From Armatimonadota bacterium (GTDB lineage Bacteria; Armatimonadota; UBA5829; DSUL01): DNA of 64,000 nt. The stretch spans positions 32,001-96,000 of the forward strand of contig JBDHZC010000007.1 in assembly GCA_039811685.1 (NCBI GenBank), written 5' to 3'. The notes under the pieces are model-generated. The model worked only from the letters and a program-made list of their open reading frames with translations, was not told the origin of the DNA and searched no databases. A program made the translations under genes and the position numbers. This document shows positions 10,116 through 20,522 of this stretch, piece after piece; the first letter of the stretch is position 1; the number at the start of each line of letters is the position of its first letter.

Positions 10116-11195
10116 ATGACTGAAAATAGAGTACGGATTGGAATTGTTGGCGCTGGAATCTTCGGCGCGATGCACCTGAAGGCGTTTTCCCAGCTTGCGC
10201 GCGACGGAAAGTGCGATCTGGTCGGGTTTGTAGCCCGGCGTAAGGAGCAGCGTGAGCAGCGTGAGGCTGAGTTTGGAGTCCCCGGATTTACTACGCTGGC
10301 TGAGATGATCGAGCGCGCAAGTCCCAATGCCATTACTGTGGTCACGCCAGACAACGCTCACAGAGAATTTGTCCTTGAGGCGGCCGCTTGCGGGATTCAT
10401 TCACTTTCTGAAAAACCTCTGGATACAACTGAGCAGGGCTGCCGGGAGATGATTGATGCCTGCGCCAGTGCAGGAGTCTTTCTGCAGGTGGACTTTCACA
10501 AGCGCTACGACCCTGACCATCAGGCAGCGCAGAAAGCTGTACGCGGGGGACGAATCGGTTCACCGCTTTACGGCAATGTCCACATGGAAGACCGCATCGA
10601 AGTGCCGACGCAATGGGTCAAAAGCTGGGCAGGCCAGACCTCTCCGGCGTGGTTTCTGGGTGTACATTTTTATGACCTCGCGCGCTGGATTCTGGGTAGT
10701 GAGCCCAAACGCGTTTACGCTACAGGATTCAAAGAGCGGCTCAAGAATGACTTTGGGCTGGACGCTTACGACTGCATTAACGCGCGAGTCGATTTTGAGA
10801 ACGGCGCGACTATATCCTTTGACACATCCTGGATACTGCCTCAGGGTTTTGAGGCGATTGTAAACCAGGGCATTCGGCTTGTCGGTACGTTGGGAATGTT
10901 TGAAGTGGACAGCCAGGATCGCGGTACCATCTCGTGCATTGATGGCGAAGGGATGCGCACTTACAACAACAACTTTTATCGCGAATATACGGACAAGGAT
11001 GGATCGGTATCTTATGCGGGGTACGGCATCGAAAGCATCCTGGATTTCGTCTACAACGTCCGATATGTGTTAGAGAATGGCGCAGGATCCGCGCCACACG
11101 GAGTGTGGGCTGGCGGATTTGACGGCTTGCAGGCTACGCGGATGGCGCTGGCTGCGCATGAGAGCATCGAGACGGGTCGTGCCGTCGATTTGTGA
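10116..11195 (+). CDS. Gfo/Idh/MocA family oxidoreductase
   Basis: IGIVGAGIFG Rossmann motif, EKP, GVHFYD. Confidence 0.9.
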   Translation: MTENRVRIGIVGAGIFGAMHLKAFSQLARDGKCDLVGFVARRKEQREQREAEFGVPGFTTLAEMIERASPNAITVVTPDNAHREFVLEAAACGIHSLSEKPLDTTEQGCREMIDACASAGVFLQVDFHKRYDPDHQAAQKAVRGGRIGSPLYGNVHMEDRIEVPTQWVKSWAGQTSPAWFLGVHFYDLARWILGSEPKRVYATGFKERLKNDFGLDAYDCINARVDFENGATISFDTSWILPQGFEAIVNQGIRLVGTLGMFEVDSQDRGTISCIDGEGMRTYNNNFYREYTDKDGSVSYAGYGIESILDFVYNVRYVLENGAGSAPHGVWAGGFDGLQATRMALAAHESIETGRAVDL

Positions 11196-11235
11196 GCAGA
11201 GTCTGAACGGCTTCGAGAGCTAAAGGAAGGGATGT

Positions 11236-12765
11236 GTGATGTTGGACAGAGTTTTTTGCGCTGCGATGGTTTTTCTTTCTGTCTGTGCGTTGGTGGGGAC
11301 GGGTTGCGCTGCGCGAGCGGCTGACGCGCCCGAGGACATCCCCTCCCCAATGCGTGAGTTCAGAGGTGTCTGGGTGGCCTCCGTCGCCAATATCGACTGG
11401 CCATCCAGGCCGGCACTGAGCACGGAGCAGCAGAAGCTGGAACTGCTGAAAATTCTGGATACGGCAGCGGCAGACAACCTCAATGCTGTCATACTGCAGG
11501 TGCGTCCCGCTGCGGATGCGCTCTATCCATCCGATCTGGAGCCGTGGTCAGAGTACCTCACGGGGGCGATGGGTAAGGCGCCAAGCCCTGTGTGGGATCC
11601 ACTTGAGTTTGCAGTGCAGGAGGGCCACAAGCGCGGTCTGGAGATCCATGCGTGGTTCAACCCTTACCGCGCCCGTCACCCTTCCGCGAAGTCCCCTGTC
11701 TCCGCAGATCACCTCAGCAAGACCCGGCCCGAACTCGTGCGCCAATATGGCCAACACCTGTGGATGGACCCGGGCGAACCGGGCGTGCAGGAGCATTCGC
11801 TGGCGGTTATTCGCGATGTAATCCGCCGCTACGATCTCGATGGAATCCACATCGACGACTACTTCTACCCGTACAAGGAGCGCGACGCCAGCGGCAAGAT
11901 CATTGACTTTCCCGACGAGGAGTCTTACCAGCGCTACCGCGCAAGCGGAGGGACGCTCGCGAAGGACGACTGGCGCCGGCACAATGTCGATAGCTTTGTC
12001 GAGAGTCTCTACAAGATGACCAAACAGGAAAAGCCCTGGGTCAAGTTCGGAATCAGTCCGTTTGGAATCTGGCAGCCTGGCTATCCGGCAAATGTCAAAG
12101 GTTTCAACGCCTATCAGGAGCTGTATGCTGATGCTCGCAAATGGCTTAATAACGGCTGGGTGGACTACTTCACTCCGCAGATTTATTTCCGGATCGGACA
12201 AAGCGCCCAGCCATACAAAGACCTGTTGCGCTGGTGGTGCGCAGAGAACACAAAACAGCGCCACGTGTGGCCGGGCAACTACACCAGCCAGATTGGGAAC
12301 GGCGCCGGATGGACAGCTCAGGAGATTGTGGATCAGGTGAAAGCTACGCGCGCGCAACGCGGCGCAGACGGCAACATTCACTTCAGCATGAAGGCGTTTC
12401 TGACCAACAGAGGCGGCGTGGCGAAGCTGCTGGACAAGGAGGTTTACCAGAATCGAGCGCTGATCCCCGCCTCACCTTGGCTGGACAACACCGCGCCCCA
12501 AAAACCGAATGTGAACTTCGAGAAGGCAACACATGTGCTGTCCTGGAGCGGACAGGGTGAGGAAAAAGCGTTTCTGTGGGTGATCTACCAGAAGCAGAAG
12601 GGGCAGTGGAGCAACCAGATAGTCCCGGCCGAGCAAACCTCCGTTGTAGCGCCCGAGGGTGTCGAAGAATTGGCGGTTAGCGCTGTGGACAGAACCGGCA
12701 ACGAAAGCCAAAAGGCCGTCATCCAGATCACTCAGAAGCTGCGCTTTTCGCAAGTGTCGCCATAG
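11236..12765 (+). CDS. Glycoside hydrolase family 10-like (DUF187/GHL10) secreted protein
   Basis: Signal peptide, EFRGVWVASVANIDWPS, HAWFNPYR, DGIHIDDYFYPY, FN3-like C-terminus. Confidence 0.9.
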   Translation: MMLDRVFCAAMVFLSVCALVGTGCAARAADAPEDIPSPMREFRGVWVASVANIDWPSRPALSTEQQKLELLKILDTAAADNLNAVILQVRPAADALYPSDLEPWSEYLTGAMGKAPSPVWDPLEFAVQEGHKRGLEIHAWFNPYRARHPSAKSPVSADHLSKTRPELVRQYGQHLWMDPGEPGVQEHSLAVIRDVIRRYDLDGIHIDDYFYPYKERDASGKIIDFPDEESYQRYRASGGTLAKDDWRRHNVDSFVESLYKMTKQEKPWVKFGISPFGIWQPGYPANVKGFNAYQELYADARKWLNNGWVDYFTPQIYFRIGQSAQPYKDLLRWWCAENTKQRHVWPGNYTSQIGNGAGWTAQEIVDQVKATRAQRGADGNIHFSMKAFLTNRGGVAKLLDKEVYQNRALIPASPWLDNTAPQKPNVNFEKATHVLSWSGQGEEKAFLWVIYQKQKGQWSNQIVPAEQTSVVAPEGVEELAVSAVDRTGNESQKAVIQITQKLRFSQVSP

Positions 12766-12779
12766 CTATCGACAGACGC

Positions 12780-13745
12780 TCAGCGCTTCAGTAGATGAAT
12801 AGTGTCTGGACTGGAGCGCACCACTTCCACGAGCTTGCGCGGCAGCGCGAACTTCATGTTTTCAGTGACTCTGCGCAGCGTCTCGACACTGTCTGCGCCC
12901 AGTTCTTTCAGGCGGTCGATGGTGGTTTGCACCAGAATCTCGGGCGTGGACGCGCCAGCCGTGACTCCGACACACTCTACGCCCTGTAGCCATTGAGGGT
13001 TGATCTCAGAGGCGTTGTCAATGCGATAACCGCGCGCGCCATGCGTCTCGGCTACCTCTGAGAGACGCACTGAGTTGGAGCTGTTGGCCGAACCCAGCAC
13101 CAGAATGACTTCGCACATCTCGGCCATGGCCTTCACAGCGTCCTGCCGGTTCTGCGTCGCGTAGCAGATGTCATCTTTGGGCGGTGCGGCAATCGAAGGG
13201 AAGCGCTCTTTGAGCGCAGCGACAATCTCACGGGTCTCATCGACACTCAGAGTGGTCTGGGTAAGATACACGAGCCGGTCCGGGCGCGGCGGGACAAGGC
13301 TCCGGGCTTCTTCCACGCTGCCAACCAGCATGACCCGGTCAGGCGCTTCACCCATTGTACCAATCACTTCGTCGTGCCCCTCGTGCCCTATCAGGACAAC
13401 GTCGTAGTCGTCTTTGACAAAGCGATGGACTTCAAGATGAACCTTCGTGACGAGAGGGCAGGTAGCGTCAATAATGTTGAGATTCCTCGCCTGGGCTTCT
13501 TCCCAGACGGCGGGTGACACTCCATGCGCGCTGAACACGACAACAGAAGAGACTGGAACTTCCTCGATGCTGTCCACAAAAACCACGCCGCGCCGCCGGA
13601 AATCCTCGACGACGTACTGATTATGGACGATCTCCTTGCGGACGTAGACCGGCGGGCCATAGACCTCGAGCGCGATGTCAACGATGTCGATGGCGCGCTC
13701 TACTCCAGCGCAGAAACCTCTCGGGGAAGCAAGAACAATCTTCAT
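12780..13745 (-). CDS. ispH: 4-hydroxy-3-methylbut-2-enyl diphosphate reductase
   Basis: PRGFCAGV, FSAHG, DATCPLV, DICYATQNRQ, NSSNS, TAGASTP. Confidence 0.97.
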   Translation of the reverse strand: MKIVLASPRGFCAGVERAIDIVDIALEVYGPPVYVRKEIVHNQYVVEDFRRRGVVFVDSIEEVPVSSVVVFSAHGVSPAVWEEAQARNLNIIDATCPLVTKVHLEVHRFVKDDYDVVLIGHEGHDEVIGTMGEAPDRVMLVGSVEEARSLVPPRPDRLVYLTQTTLSVDETREIVAALKERFPSIAAPPKDDICYATQNRQDAVKAMAEMCEVILVLGSANSSNSVRLSEVAETHGARGYRIDNASEINPQWLQGVECVGVTAGASTPEILVQTTIDRLKELGADSVETLRRVTENMKFALPRKLVEVVRSSPDTIHLLKR

Positions 13746-13926
13746 AAGCACAAAGAACCACGGCGCCGCTTGCAGGTGAATTGGACGTTTGCAGCAGACA
13801 CAGAATACCACATTCAAAGACGAGGGGCGAGCGGCCATCCTGCCACCCTTTAGTATGTACTGCTGAGAACAGGAAAAGCAGCGACTCTCCGGGGCCGAGA
13901 CACTCTGCCTGGAGCCCCGTCAGAGT

Positions 13927-14754
13927 TTACGGCCTCACTCGCGCCACGGCAATCATCTGGACAGCGCAGTCGTCGGCTGCCTCCCCCTCGTAATCTCCCA
14001 GCAACTCCACGAGTTCAAAGCCTTCTGCCTCCAGCAGTAGAGTCAATTCTGCAGGATGTAACCACGCGTATGTCCAGCTCTGTACATAGACTTCTGGCTG
14101 TGGCTTGCGGCCCCAGACAAGGGTAAACGCATTGACATGACTGCGCCCCTGAAAATGGTCTTCGCGACTCTCGGCGCCGTACAACAGGAGTATGCCCGAG
14201 TCCGGATCGCGGTGGGAAGTCAGGTAGGGCTCTTCTGCGCTCGGATTTGGCTTCGGGACAAAGACATCCAGCCAGAGGTGTCCGCCGACAGCGAGATTAC
14301 GCCGGATGTTGGCCAGCGCGCGGCGCTGCTCTTCCAAAGAGCCGAGATACAGAAACGTGTTGGTAGAGCACACGGCGAGGCGCGCTTTCTCAGGAAGCTC
14401 AAAGGTCTGAATCTGGGCTTCTATGGAAGTAATGGATAGACCGAGCCCTTCGCTGTTGCGCCTGAGTTGAGAGTGCATCATGGGATCGCTGTCCACAGCG
14501 AAGACGTCCAGGCCCTCCGAGGCCAGCGGAATCGTGAGGCGTCCCGTGCCGCTACCCAGATCCACAACCGGCCCACCCACTCGACGAGCCAGCGCAAGAA
14601 TCATGGGCAAGTCGTCCTCAAAATCTCCCTCCATCAGATCATAGACTTCCGGAACCCACCCGCCGTATCCCCGGCGCACATTTGCCCTGCCGGATTCAGC
14701 CAGATCGAAAAAGATATCAAAAAACTCTGCGCCACCAACGGGAAATGAATTCAC
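13927..14754 (-). CDS. Class I SAM-dependent methyltransferase
   Basis: Motif I VVDLGSGTGR. The GTG start follows a GAGGAG RBS. Confidence 0.85.
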   Translation of the reverse strand: MNSFPVGGAEFFDIFFDLAESGRANVRRGYGGWVPEVYDLMEGDFEDDLPMILALARRVGGPVVDLGSGTGRLTIPLASEGLDVFAVDSDPMMHSQLRRNSEGLGLSITSIEAQIQTFELPEKARLAVCSTNTFLYLGSLEEQRRALANIRRNLAVGGHLWLDVFVPKPNPSAEEPYLTSHRDPDSGILLLYGAESREDHFQGRSHVNAFTLVWGRKPQPEVYVQSWTYAWLHPAELTLLLEAEGFELVELLGDYEGEAADDCAVQMIAVARVRP

Positions 14755-14847
14755 TCTTCTCCTCACTTCACAACGCTCTCGCCTCGCAGTCAATGCCGAA
14801 CACTAACGGACTACACGGAGCGTTATAATAGCAGGATAATACAAGCT

Positions 14848-15963
14848 ATGGGCGACATTACCAACACATCCTTGGCGGCGGCTCCTGACGCAAGAACAGC
14901 CGGGCGGCGCCGGCAAAAACTTAGCTCACTCACCAGGCTGCCGCTGTACTACCGCGTGCTGATAATCAACCTGGCGGTTGTCGTGCTCGGCGGCGTCATC
15001 GGCAGCTTTGGCGCGTGGCTTCTGTCATACGTCCTCAGTTTCAGCACGGTGACGCACTTTATGCTGATTGGAGGAACGATCGCGATTGTCGCCGCCGTAA
15101 ACCTGGTGCTTCTACGCTACGCTTTTGCCCCGCTGAACGCTCTGAAAATCCTCGTACGCGATGTGCGTGCCGGTGACCTGCGCGCACGAGCTGATGCCAC
15201 AAGCTATCATGACCCCGATTTCGCCGAATTTGGACAGGCGCTCAACGCGATGCTTGAGGCACTGGAACAGAAGTCGGAGACTATAGAAGCCGACAAGAAT
15301 CGTATTCGCGCATTGACCGCACGCGTCATTGGGGCACAGGAGGAAGAGCGCAAACGTGTGGCACGGGAGCTGCACGACGACACCGGGCAACTGCTCACAG
15401 CGCTCATTCTTCGGATCGATCGTCTCATTCAGGAAGAGGACTGTTCCGAACACGCCTCCGGACAACTTCTTCAGCTCAAGGAACAGGCGCAGAGTACGCT
15501 TAAGGAATTGAGACGCGTGATGCTGGAATTGCGGCCGGCGGTCCTTGATGACCTGGGACTGGTTCCGGCCGTGCGATGGTACCTCAACGAGCGGGTGGAG
15601 CACGAGGGAATTCGCACTGAGCTGGACGAAGACGGTCTGGAAGAGGAGCGCCTCAGCTCTGATCTGGAGATTACAGTATTCAGGATAATTCAAGAAAGCT
15701 TAACAAATATAGTCAAACACGCGAAAGCATCACACGTGAGAGTCTCCTTGCGTAGAAATGGCGGCGTTCTGAATGTACTCATTGAAGATAACGGGTGCGG
15801 TTTTGATACGGCTCGCGTCGCGGATCGGGCAGCCGCGGAAAGCCATCTGGGGATTTTCGGGATGGAAGAACGAGCAGCACTGGTGAACGGTGAGCTGAAC
15901 ATCCGCAGCAGCAACACCGGAACGCTGGTTCAGGCGGCCATTCCTTTCCAGCAAAAAGTATGA
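14848..15963 (+). CDS. Sensor histidine kinase (HAMP, HisKA_3, NarX/LiaS type)
   Basis: Two N-terminal TM helices, HAMP, EERKRVARELHD, QESLTNIVKHA, EDNGCGF, GIFGMEERA. Confidence 0.93.
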   Translation: MGDITNTSLAAAPDARTAGRRRQKLSSLTRLPLYYRVLIINLAVVVLGGVIGSFGAWLLSYVLSFSTVTHFMLIGGTIAIVAAVNLVLLRYAFAPLNALKILVRDVRAGDLRARADATSYHDPDFAEFGQALNAMLEALEQKSETIEADKNRIRALTARVIGAQEEERKRVARELHDDTGQLLTALILRIDRLIQEEDCSEHASGQLLQLKEQAQSTLKELRRVMLELRPAVLDDLGLVPAVRWYLNERVEHEGIRTELDEDGLEEERLSSDLEITVFRIIQESLTNIVKHAKASHVRVSLRRNGGVLNVLIEDNGCGFDTARVADRAAAESHLGIFGMEERAALVNGELNIRSSNTGTLVQAAIPFQQKV

Positions 15964-16586
15964 ACGCTCAGAGAATCCGCGTACTCATTGTTGACGATCA
16001 TACGATTGTGCGCGAGGGTATTGTGAGCCTTCTGCGCAACGAGGCCGACATCGAAGTGGCCGGTGAATCCGGAGACGGACGCGACGCCATTGCAAAGGTG
16101 GCTGCGCTCCGGCCGGACGTCGTCATTCTGGACGTGGCGCTACCAGGCCTTAACGGCCTGGAAGTGGCCGATCAGATCCGGAGAGACTTCCGCAGCGTCA
16201 GAGTTGTGATGCTCACGATGTATGAGAACGAGGAGTATCTGCGGCGGGCGGCGCGCTACGGTGTTGCAGGCTATGTGCTCAAGGAAGCGGCCGGACGAGA
16301 CCTGGTCAGGGCCATTCGGGAAGCCCACACCGAGCAAACAACCCTCCAGCTTCCGCCACACCTGCTTCAGGGAGAAACGCTGGACACGCTGACACCTCGG
16401 GAGCGGGAAGTGCTGCAGCTGGTGGCGGAAGGACACACTAACAAAGAGATTGCGGACATCCTGTTTGTCAGCGTAAAGACTATTGAGACACACCGCCTGA
16501 ACTTGATGAGCAAGCTCGACATGCACGACCGCACAGAGCTTGTGAAGTTCGCTATCCGCTCAGGGCTTGTGTCGCCCGACGCCTGA
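15960..16586 (+). CDS. NarL/LuxR family response regulator
   Basis: REC domain (VDDH, ILDV, GYVLK) plus LuxR HTH (LTPREREVL..TNKEIA..VKTIETHR). Overlaps the kinase stop. Confidence 0.95.
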   Translation: MNAQRIRVLIVDDHTIVREGIVSLLRNEADIEVAGESGDGRDAIAKVAALRPDVVILDVALPGLNGLEVADQIRRDFRSVRVVMLTMYENEEYLRRAARYGVAGYVLKEAAGRDLVRAIREAHTEQTTLQLPPHLLQGETLDTLTPREREVLQLVAEGHTNKEIADILFVSVKTIETHRLNLMSKLDMHDRTELVKFAIRSGLVSPDA

Positions 16587-16643
16587 CAAATGAAAGAATC
16601 AGCGCTGAGTGCGCAGGTGTGGATATCAGGAGTCCGCCCCTGA

Positions 16644-16671
16644 CCGGGAAACGCTACTTTCCGGGTTTTTT
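16644..16671 (+). terminator. Putative intrinsic terminator of the two-component operon
   Basis: CCGGGAA/TTTCCGG hairpin followed by a T-run, overlapping the convergent gene end. Confidence 0.45.
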
Positions 16672-17184
16672 GTACGCATCCACAGCCTTGCGAAAATCCC
16701 GCTCGATGGCTGCTGCGTCGGAGGCGTCAAACTGATCGTAAAGCGCGACGATCTTGCCACCCTTTCCAACCAGGTAGCTCACTGGAATGAACTCCAGGTC
16801 CCATCCTTTGAACAGGGTGTCTTTGTCGTCCAGCGCCACGCGCTGTGCAGGCTTCTGCTTCTTGATGAAGCTCTGAACACCGGGTTTCTTGTCCTTGACC
16901 GCAACGGCTATGAAGCTCATTTTCTGCTTCTGCCACTTCTGAGCAAGCCGTGAAACGACGGGGAACTCCTCTTGACACGGGATGCACCAGCTTGCCCAGA
17001 AATTAACAAAGACCGGACCGCTCTGCACGGCTTTGGACAGATCGAACACTTTGCCGGACAGATCCTTCACTCTGAGAGACGGAGCCCTGGCGCCGACATC
17101 TGGCGCAGCCTGCGCGGACAATCCCAAACACAGTGCGAAGAGAGCGCACGCAGAAACGACGGCGCCAGGCCAACGGCGCAACAT
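16654..17184 (-). CDS. TlpA/ResA-like thiol-disulfide oxidoreductase
   Basis: Signal peptide, NFWASWCIPC. Confidence 0.9.
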   Translation of the reverse strand: MLRRWPGAVVSACALFALCLGLSAQAAPDVGARAPSLRVKDLSGKVFDLSKAVQSGPVFVNFWASWCIPCQEEFPVVSRLAQKWQKQKMSFIAVAVKDKKPGVQSFIKKQKPAQRVALDDKDTLFKGWDLEFIPVSYLVGKGGKIVALYDQFDASDAAAIERDFRKAVDAYKKPGK

Positions 17185-17721
17185 TTACTTTGTCTTTGCC
17201 TTCAGGGCGGTGTCAATCTCGGCTTTCCAGTCTTTGGCATCGCCCTCGCCGCTATATCCGACCCACGTCTTAATAACTTTGCCGTCTTTACCAATCAGGA
17301 CGTTCATCGGAATGCCTGCGCGGGGGTCGTTAGCATAGTCCTCAAAAGCTTTGCCCGCTGTCGATCCGTAGAGTACCTGCTGAGTCGCTTTGCGATCCTG
17401 CGCAAACTGCTTCACCGCTTCAGCTTTTCCCGCTTGATCTACCGAGACTGAGGCGATCTTGACACCTTTCTTCGCATAGGCGTTGTTGAGTTTGACAATT
17501 TCGGGAAACTCTGCGCGGCAGGGAGGACACCACGTCGCCCAGAAGTTGAGAAAAACCACTTTACCTTTGTAAGAGCTTAGCTTGAAAGTGCCGCCTTTGA
17601 TATCGCGAACACTGAAATCGGGCGCTTTCGAGCCCTTGGGCAATCCTTGAGCAAGCACAGCAGAGGCCACCAGACCCACGATTCCCGCTGCCAGGGCAAG
17701 CTTACGAAAAGACTTATTCAT
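17185..17721 (-). CDS. TlpA/ResA-like thiol-disulfide oxidoreductase
   Basis: Signal peptide, NFWATWCPPC, GIP. Confidence 0.92.
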   Translation of the reverse strand: MNKSFRKLALAAGIVGLVASAVLAQGLPKGSKAPDFSVRDIKGGTFKLSSYKGKVVFLNFWATWCPPCRAEFPEIVKLNNAYAKKGVKIASVSVDQAGKAEAVKQFAQDRKATQQVLYGSTAGKAFEDYANDPRAGIPMNVLIGKDGKVIKTWVGYSGEGDAKDWKAEIDTALKAKTK

Positions 17722-17839
17722 ATATGAATCATCCTCCAGGGGGTCAAGCCCCCGCGAAACGAGTCTTGTTTTATGACAGGTTAAAAAAGGAGCGAGGTTG
17801 CCTTACACAAGGCACTATCTCAAAAGGTAACGCCGCCTG

Positions 17840-18391
17840 TTACGTTGAACCAAGCGCCGAGCTGATGGCTTCGCGCCACTCTGCGGGTTCCTCAGGAGTA
17901 TAGCCCTCCCACTGCTGGATGATGCGGCCGTCTGGACCAATCAGGAAGTTTGCGGGAATCCCGCTAACTCCGAACTCCCGACCCACATTTTGCGCGTCAG
18001 TGCCGGACAGGACAGTATGACGGACGTCGTACTTTTGCGCAAAAGGCTTGACATCGGCCACAGAACGCTCATCGTCCACAGACACAGAGACAACCTTAAC
18101 TTTGCTGGCGTCATACTCGCCGTTCATTTTGACAAGCTCCGGCATCTCTGCGCGGCAGGGCCCGCACCAGGTTGCGAAGAAGTTCAAGAAGACGACTTTG
18201 CCTTTCTGGTCGGAGAGTTTGAACTTGTTGCCGGACAAATCCGTCAAAGAAAAGTCTGGAGCTGACGCACTCGTTGACGCGGATGACGGCACAACTCTGC
18301 TCGCAGGACCGGATCTGGAAGCGCACCCTGCAATAAGAGCTGCACTCACCAGAGCCGCGATTACCAAAAGTCCGGCAGTCGGTCTGAACAT
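17840..18391 (-). CDS. TlpA-like thiol-disulfide oxidoreductase, lipoprotein
   Basis: AAGGAG RBS, lipobox LIAGC, NFFATWCGPC, GIP. Confidence 0.9.
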   Translation of the reverse strand: MFRPTAGLLVIAALVSAALIAGCASRSGPASRVVPSSASTSASAPDFSLTDLSGNKFKLSDQKGKVVFLNFFATWCGPCRAEMPELVKMNGEYDASKVKVVSVSVDDERSVADVKPFAQKYDVRHTVLSGTDAQNVGREFGVSGIPANFLIGPDGRIIQQWEGYTPEEPAEWREAISSALGST

Positions 18392-18494
18392 TTTGAAACA
18401 CTCCTTGTTAGCGCGACTCAACGGTGGTAAGATGACGACATTGTGTCCTTCGTCAGTGGCTGTGACCAGCCGAAAGCAGGACATTTCGAAACGC

Positions 18495-20522
18495 ATGATC
18501 TTGTTCCGAGCGCGCAAGGCAAAAACTACTGCGTTCTGCTTCCTGCTTGTCGCCATGGCGGGAAGCGCCGCACTCGCACAGCAGTGGGCTATTGTACTCG
18601 ATTCTCAGCCACGACGAATTGCCGCAGACGGCCGCTCCACGACACAAATCAGCGCACGGGTCTCCTCACCTGAGACAGGCCCGGCGCCCGACGGTACAGA
18701 AGTACGCTTCAACACCACTTCAGGTTCCATCGTTCCGATTGGACGCGTAACCGGCGGACGGGCCTCTACGATTTTGACGAGCGCGGCTACGCGCAATATT
18801 GCGCAGGTTACCGCTATTGTTGGCAGCTTCTCCGCAACAACAGAGGTGGAGTTTGTCTCTGGTGATTTTCAGGCTGAAGAAGTGATGCTGACGGTGGAGG
18901 GCGATCTGGCCTACAGCGCCGATCGCGGCGTGCTTATCGGTGCGGATGCCACGCTGCGCCACGGCGATCTCACGCTGTCCGGGCGCACTCTGGAATTTGA
19001 TGAACAGAAGGGGCAGGTGCGCGCTCAGGACAACGTCACCATTTCCAAGCGCGGAGTCTCAATCTCTGCAGACGCCGTTTTCTACTCACCCGAGGAAGGG
19101 AGCGGAGCCCTGCTGGTTAACGGACGCGAACCACAGGAAATTCACTTCCGCGCGGACACTCTGACGGTGCAAAGCGCACAGCCCGCTACGGACACTTCTC
19201 GCTGGACAGCCTTCACCGCTCCAGATACACGGACATGGATCACCGCTGACAAAGCTGTGGTCTGGCCGCGGGAGCGCATCCAGTTCACGCAGGCGACCGT
19301 CGCCGTCAACGGCAAACCGGTCCTGGCCCTGCCCCACTACTTCTACGACTACCGCGGCAACGGGTTCAACCCTATCTCACAGCAGTTTCGCTACACGACG
19401 TACGAAGGGATGGTTGTTGACCTGCCTTTCTACTTCCAGTTCAAGGAGCAGAGTAGCGCAGGGATCCGCTTGCGCTACGCGGGGCGTGGAACTTCCTATG
19501 GAAGCTACGCCTCACCGCGTAAAGGTTTTAGCCTGGGACTTGAACAAATATATAACGCACAAGGGGGCGGTGGGCGTCTCTTTGTCGATTCTTTTGCGTC
19601 CTCCAGTCGCCTGTTGGAATGGTCCCACAACCAGAGCCTTTCGGGGGGGCGCACACTGAACGGGTCTCTGCGCTTCCAACCACATTCCGGCTTTGCCAAA
19701 AACGCGATTTCAGGATTTGGAAGTTACGGATGGCGAATGGGCGGAATGGACATGACGCTCGCCGCGTATGGCAGCCGAAGCCAGGCTATCTCGAACCAAT
19801 ACATCCCCACTTCCGGGTCGGGAAGTCTCACCACGCGGCTGGACGCTCGAAGTCCAGGGCGTCCAATCGGAGATACGGGACTGTCGTGGAGGACAAACTT
19901 TGCACTGGTCAACGGTCCGTTGTACGCAAGTAAGACTGGCAGCAGCGTCCATGGGCTCTATCAGACATTAGGCATCGGGATATCGAACCGCCCTATCCAT
20001 CTGGCCGGCGGTACGACGCTGACGCTGGATACCGACATTGGCCGAACATTTGGGGCGCTCAATTCAAACAGCGTGCGCGGCAAGGCGGTGCTGGCGAAAT
20101 CCCTTGGCAGAACAGGGGAAATCTCGCTTACGTGGGATCAGCAGTTTGCAGGTGGTGGCACGCTGACAAGCGCCTACCGCAAGGCACTCACCGGGACGAT
20201 CTCCGCAGGAAGGGCCGACGGCCTGCACGGCTACGCTTACCTCACCTGGTTGCCGGACGAGCACACGAAGGCAATTCAGGCTACTGTAATGAAGCCCCTG
20301 TCACCGGTTATGAGACTGGAGATAAGTCACAACTTCTCGGGGGTGACTTACGACGATGGACTGGGCCAGATATTCGCCAGTGACTTCGGCTATACGCGCT
20401 TCTCTCTGGTGAGGGCGCTTGGCATTGTCGATCTGAGTCTCAACTTCAGCCCTCAGGGACGCGACTACGGTCTGAAGCGCGGGCAGAAAATCTGGTTCGA
20501 GCTGGGCTCGCGCGCATTCTAG
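18495..20522 (+). CDS. Secreted protein: Ig-like (Big_1/invasin) domain, OstA/LptD-like beta-jellyroll, probable outer-membrane barrel
   Basis: Signal peptide. IAADGRSTTQISARV..PDGTEVRFNTT is Big_1-like. Middle region resembles LptD (WITADKAVVWP, PVLALPHYFY). Aromatic beta strands and a C-terminal Phe. Confidence 0.6.
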   Translation: MILFRARKAKTTAFCFLLVAMAGSAALAQQWAIVLDSQPRRIAADGRSTTQISARVSSPETGPAPDGTEVRFNTTSGSIVPIGRVTGGRASTILTSAATRNIAQVTAIVGSFSATTEVEFVSGDFQAEEVMLTVEGDLAYSADRGVLIGADATLRHGDLTLSGRTLEFDEQKGQVRAQDNVTISKRGVSISADAVFYSPEEGSGALLVNGREPQEIHFRADTLTVQSAQPATDTSRWTAFTAPDTRTWITADKAVVWPRERIQFTQATVAVNGKPVLALPHYFYDYRGNGFNPISQQFRYTTYEGMVVDLPFYFQFKEQSSAGIRLRYAGRGTSYGSYASPRKGFSLGLEQIYNAQGGGGRLFVDSFASSSRLLEWSHNQSLSGGRTLNGSLRFQPHSGFAKNAISGFGSYGWRMGGMDMTLAAYGSRSQAISNQYIPTSGSGSLTTRLDARSPGRPIGDTGLSWRTNFALVNGPLYASKTGSSVHGLYQTLGIGISNRPIHLAGGTTLTLDTDIGRTFGALNSNSVRGKAVLAKSLGRTGEISLTWDQQFAGGGTLTSAYRKALTGTISAGRADGLHGYAYLTWLPDEHTKAIQATVMKPLSPVMRLEISHNFSGVTYDDGLGQIFASDFGYTRFSLVRALGIVDLSLNFSPQGRDYGLKRGQKIWFELGSRAF

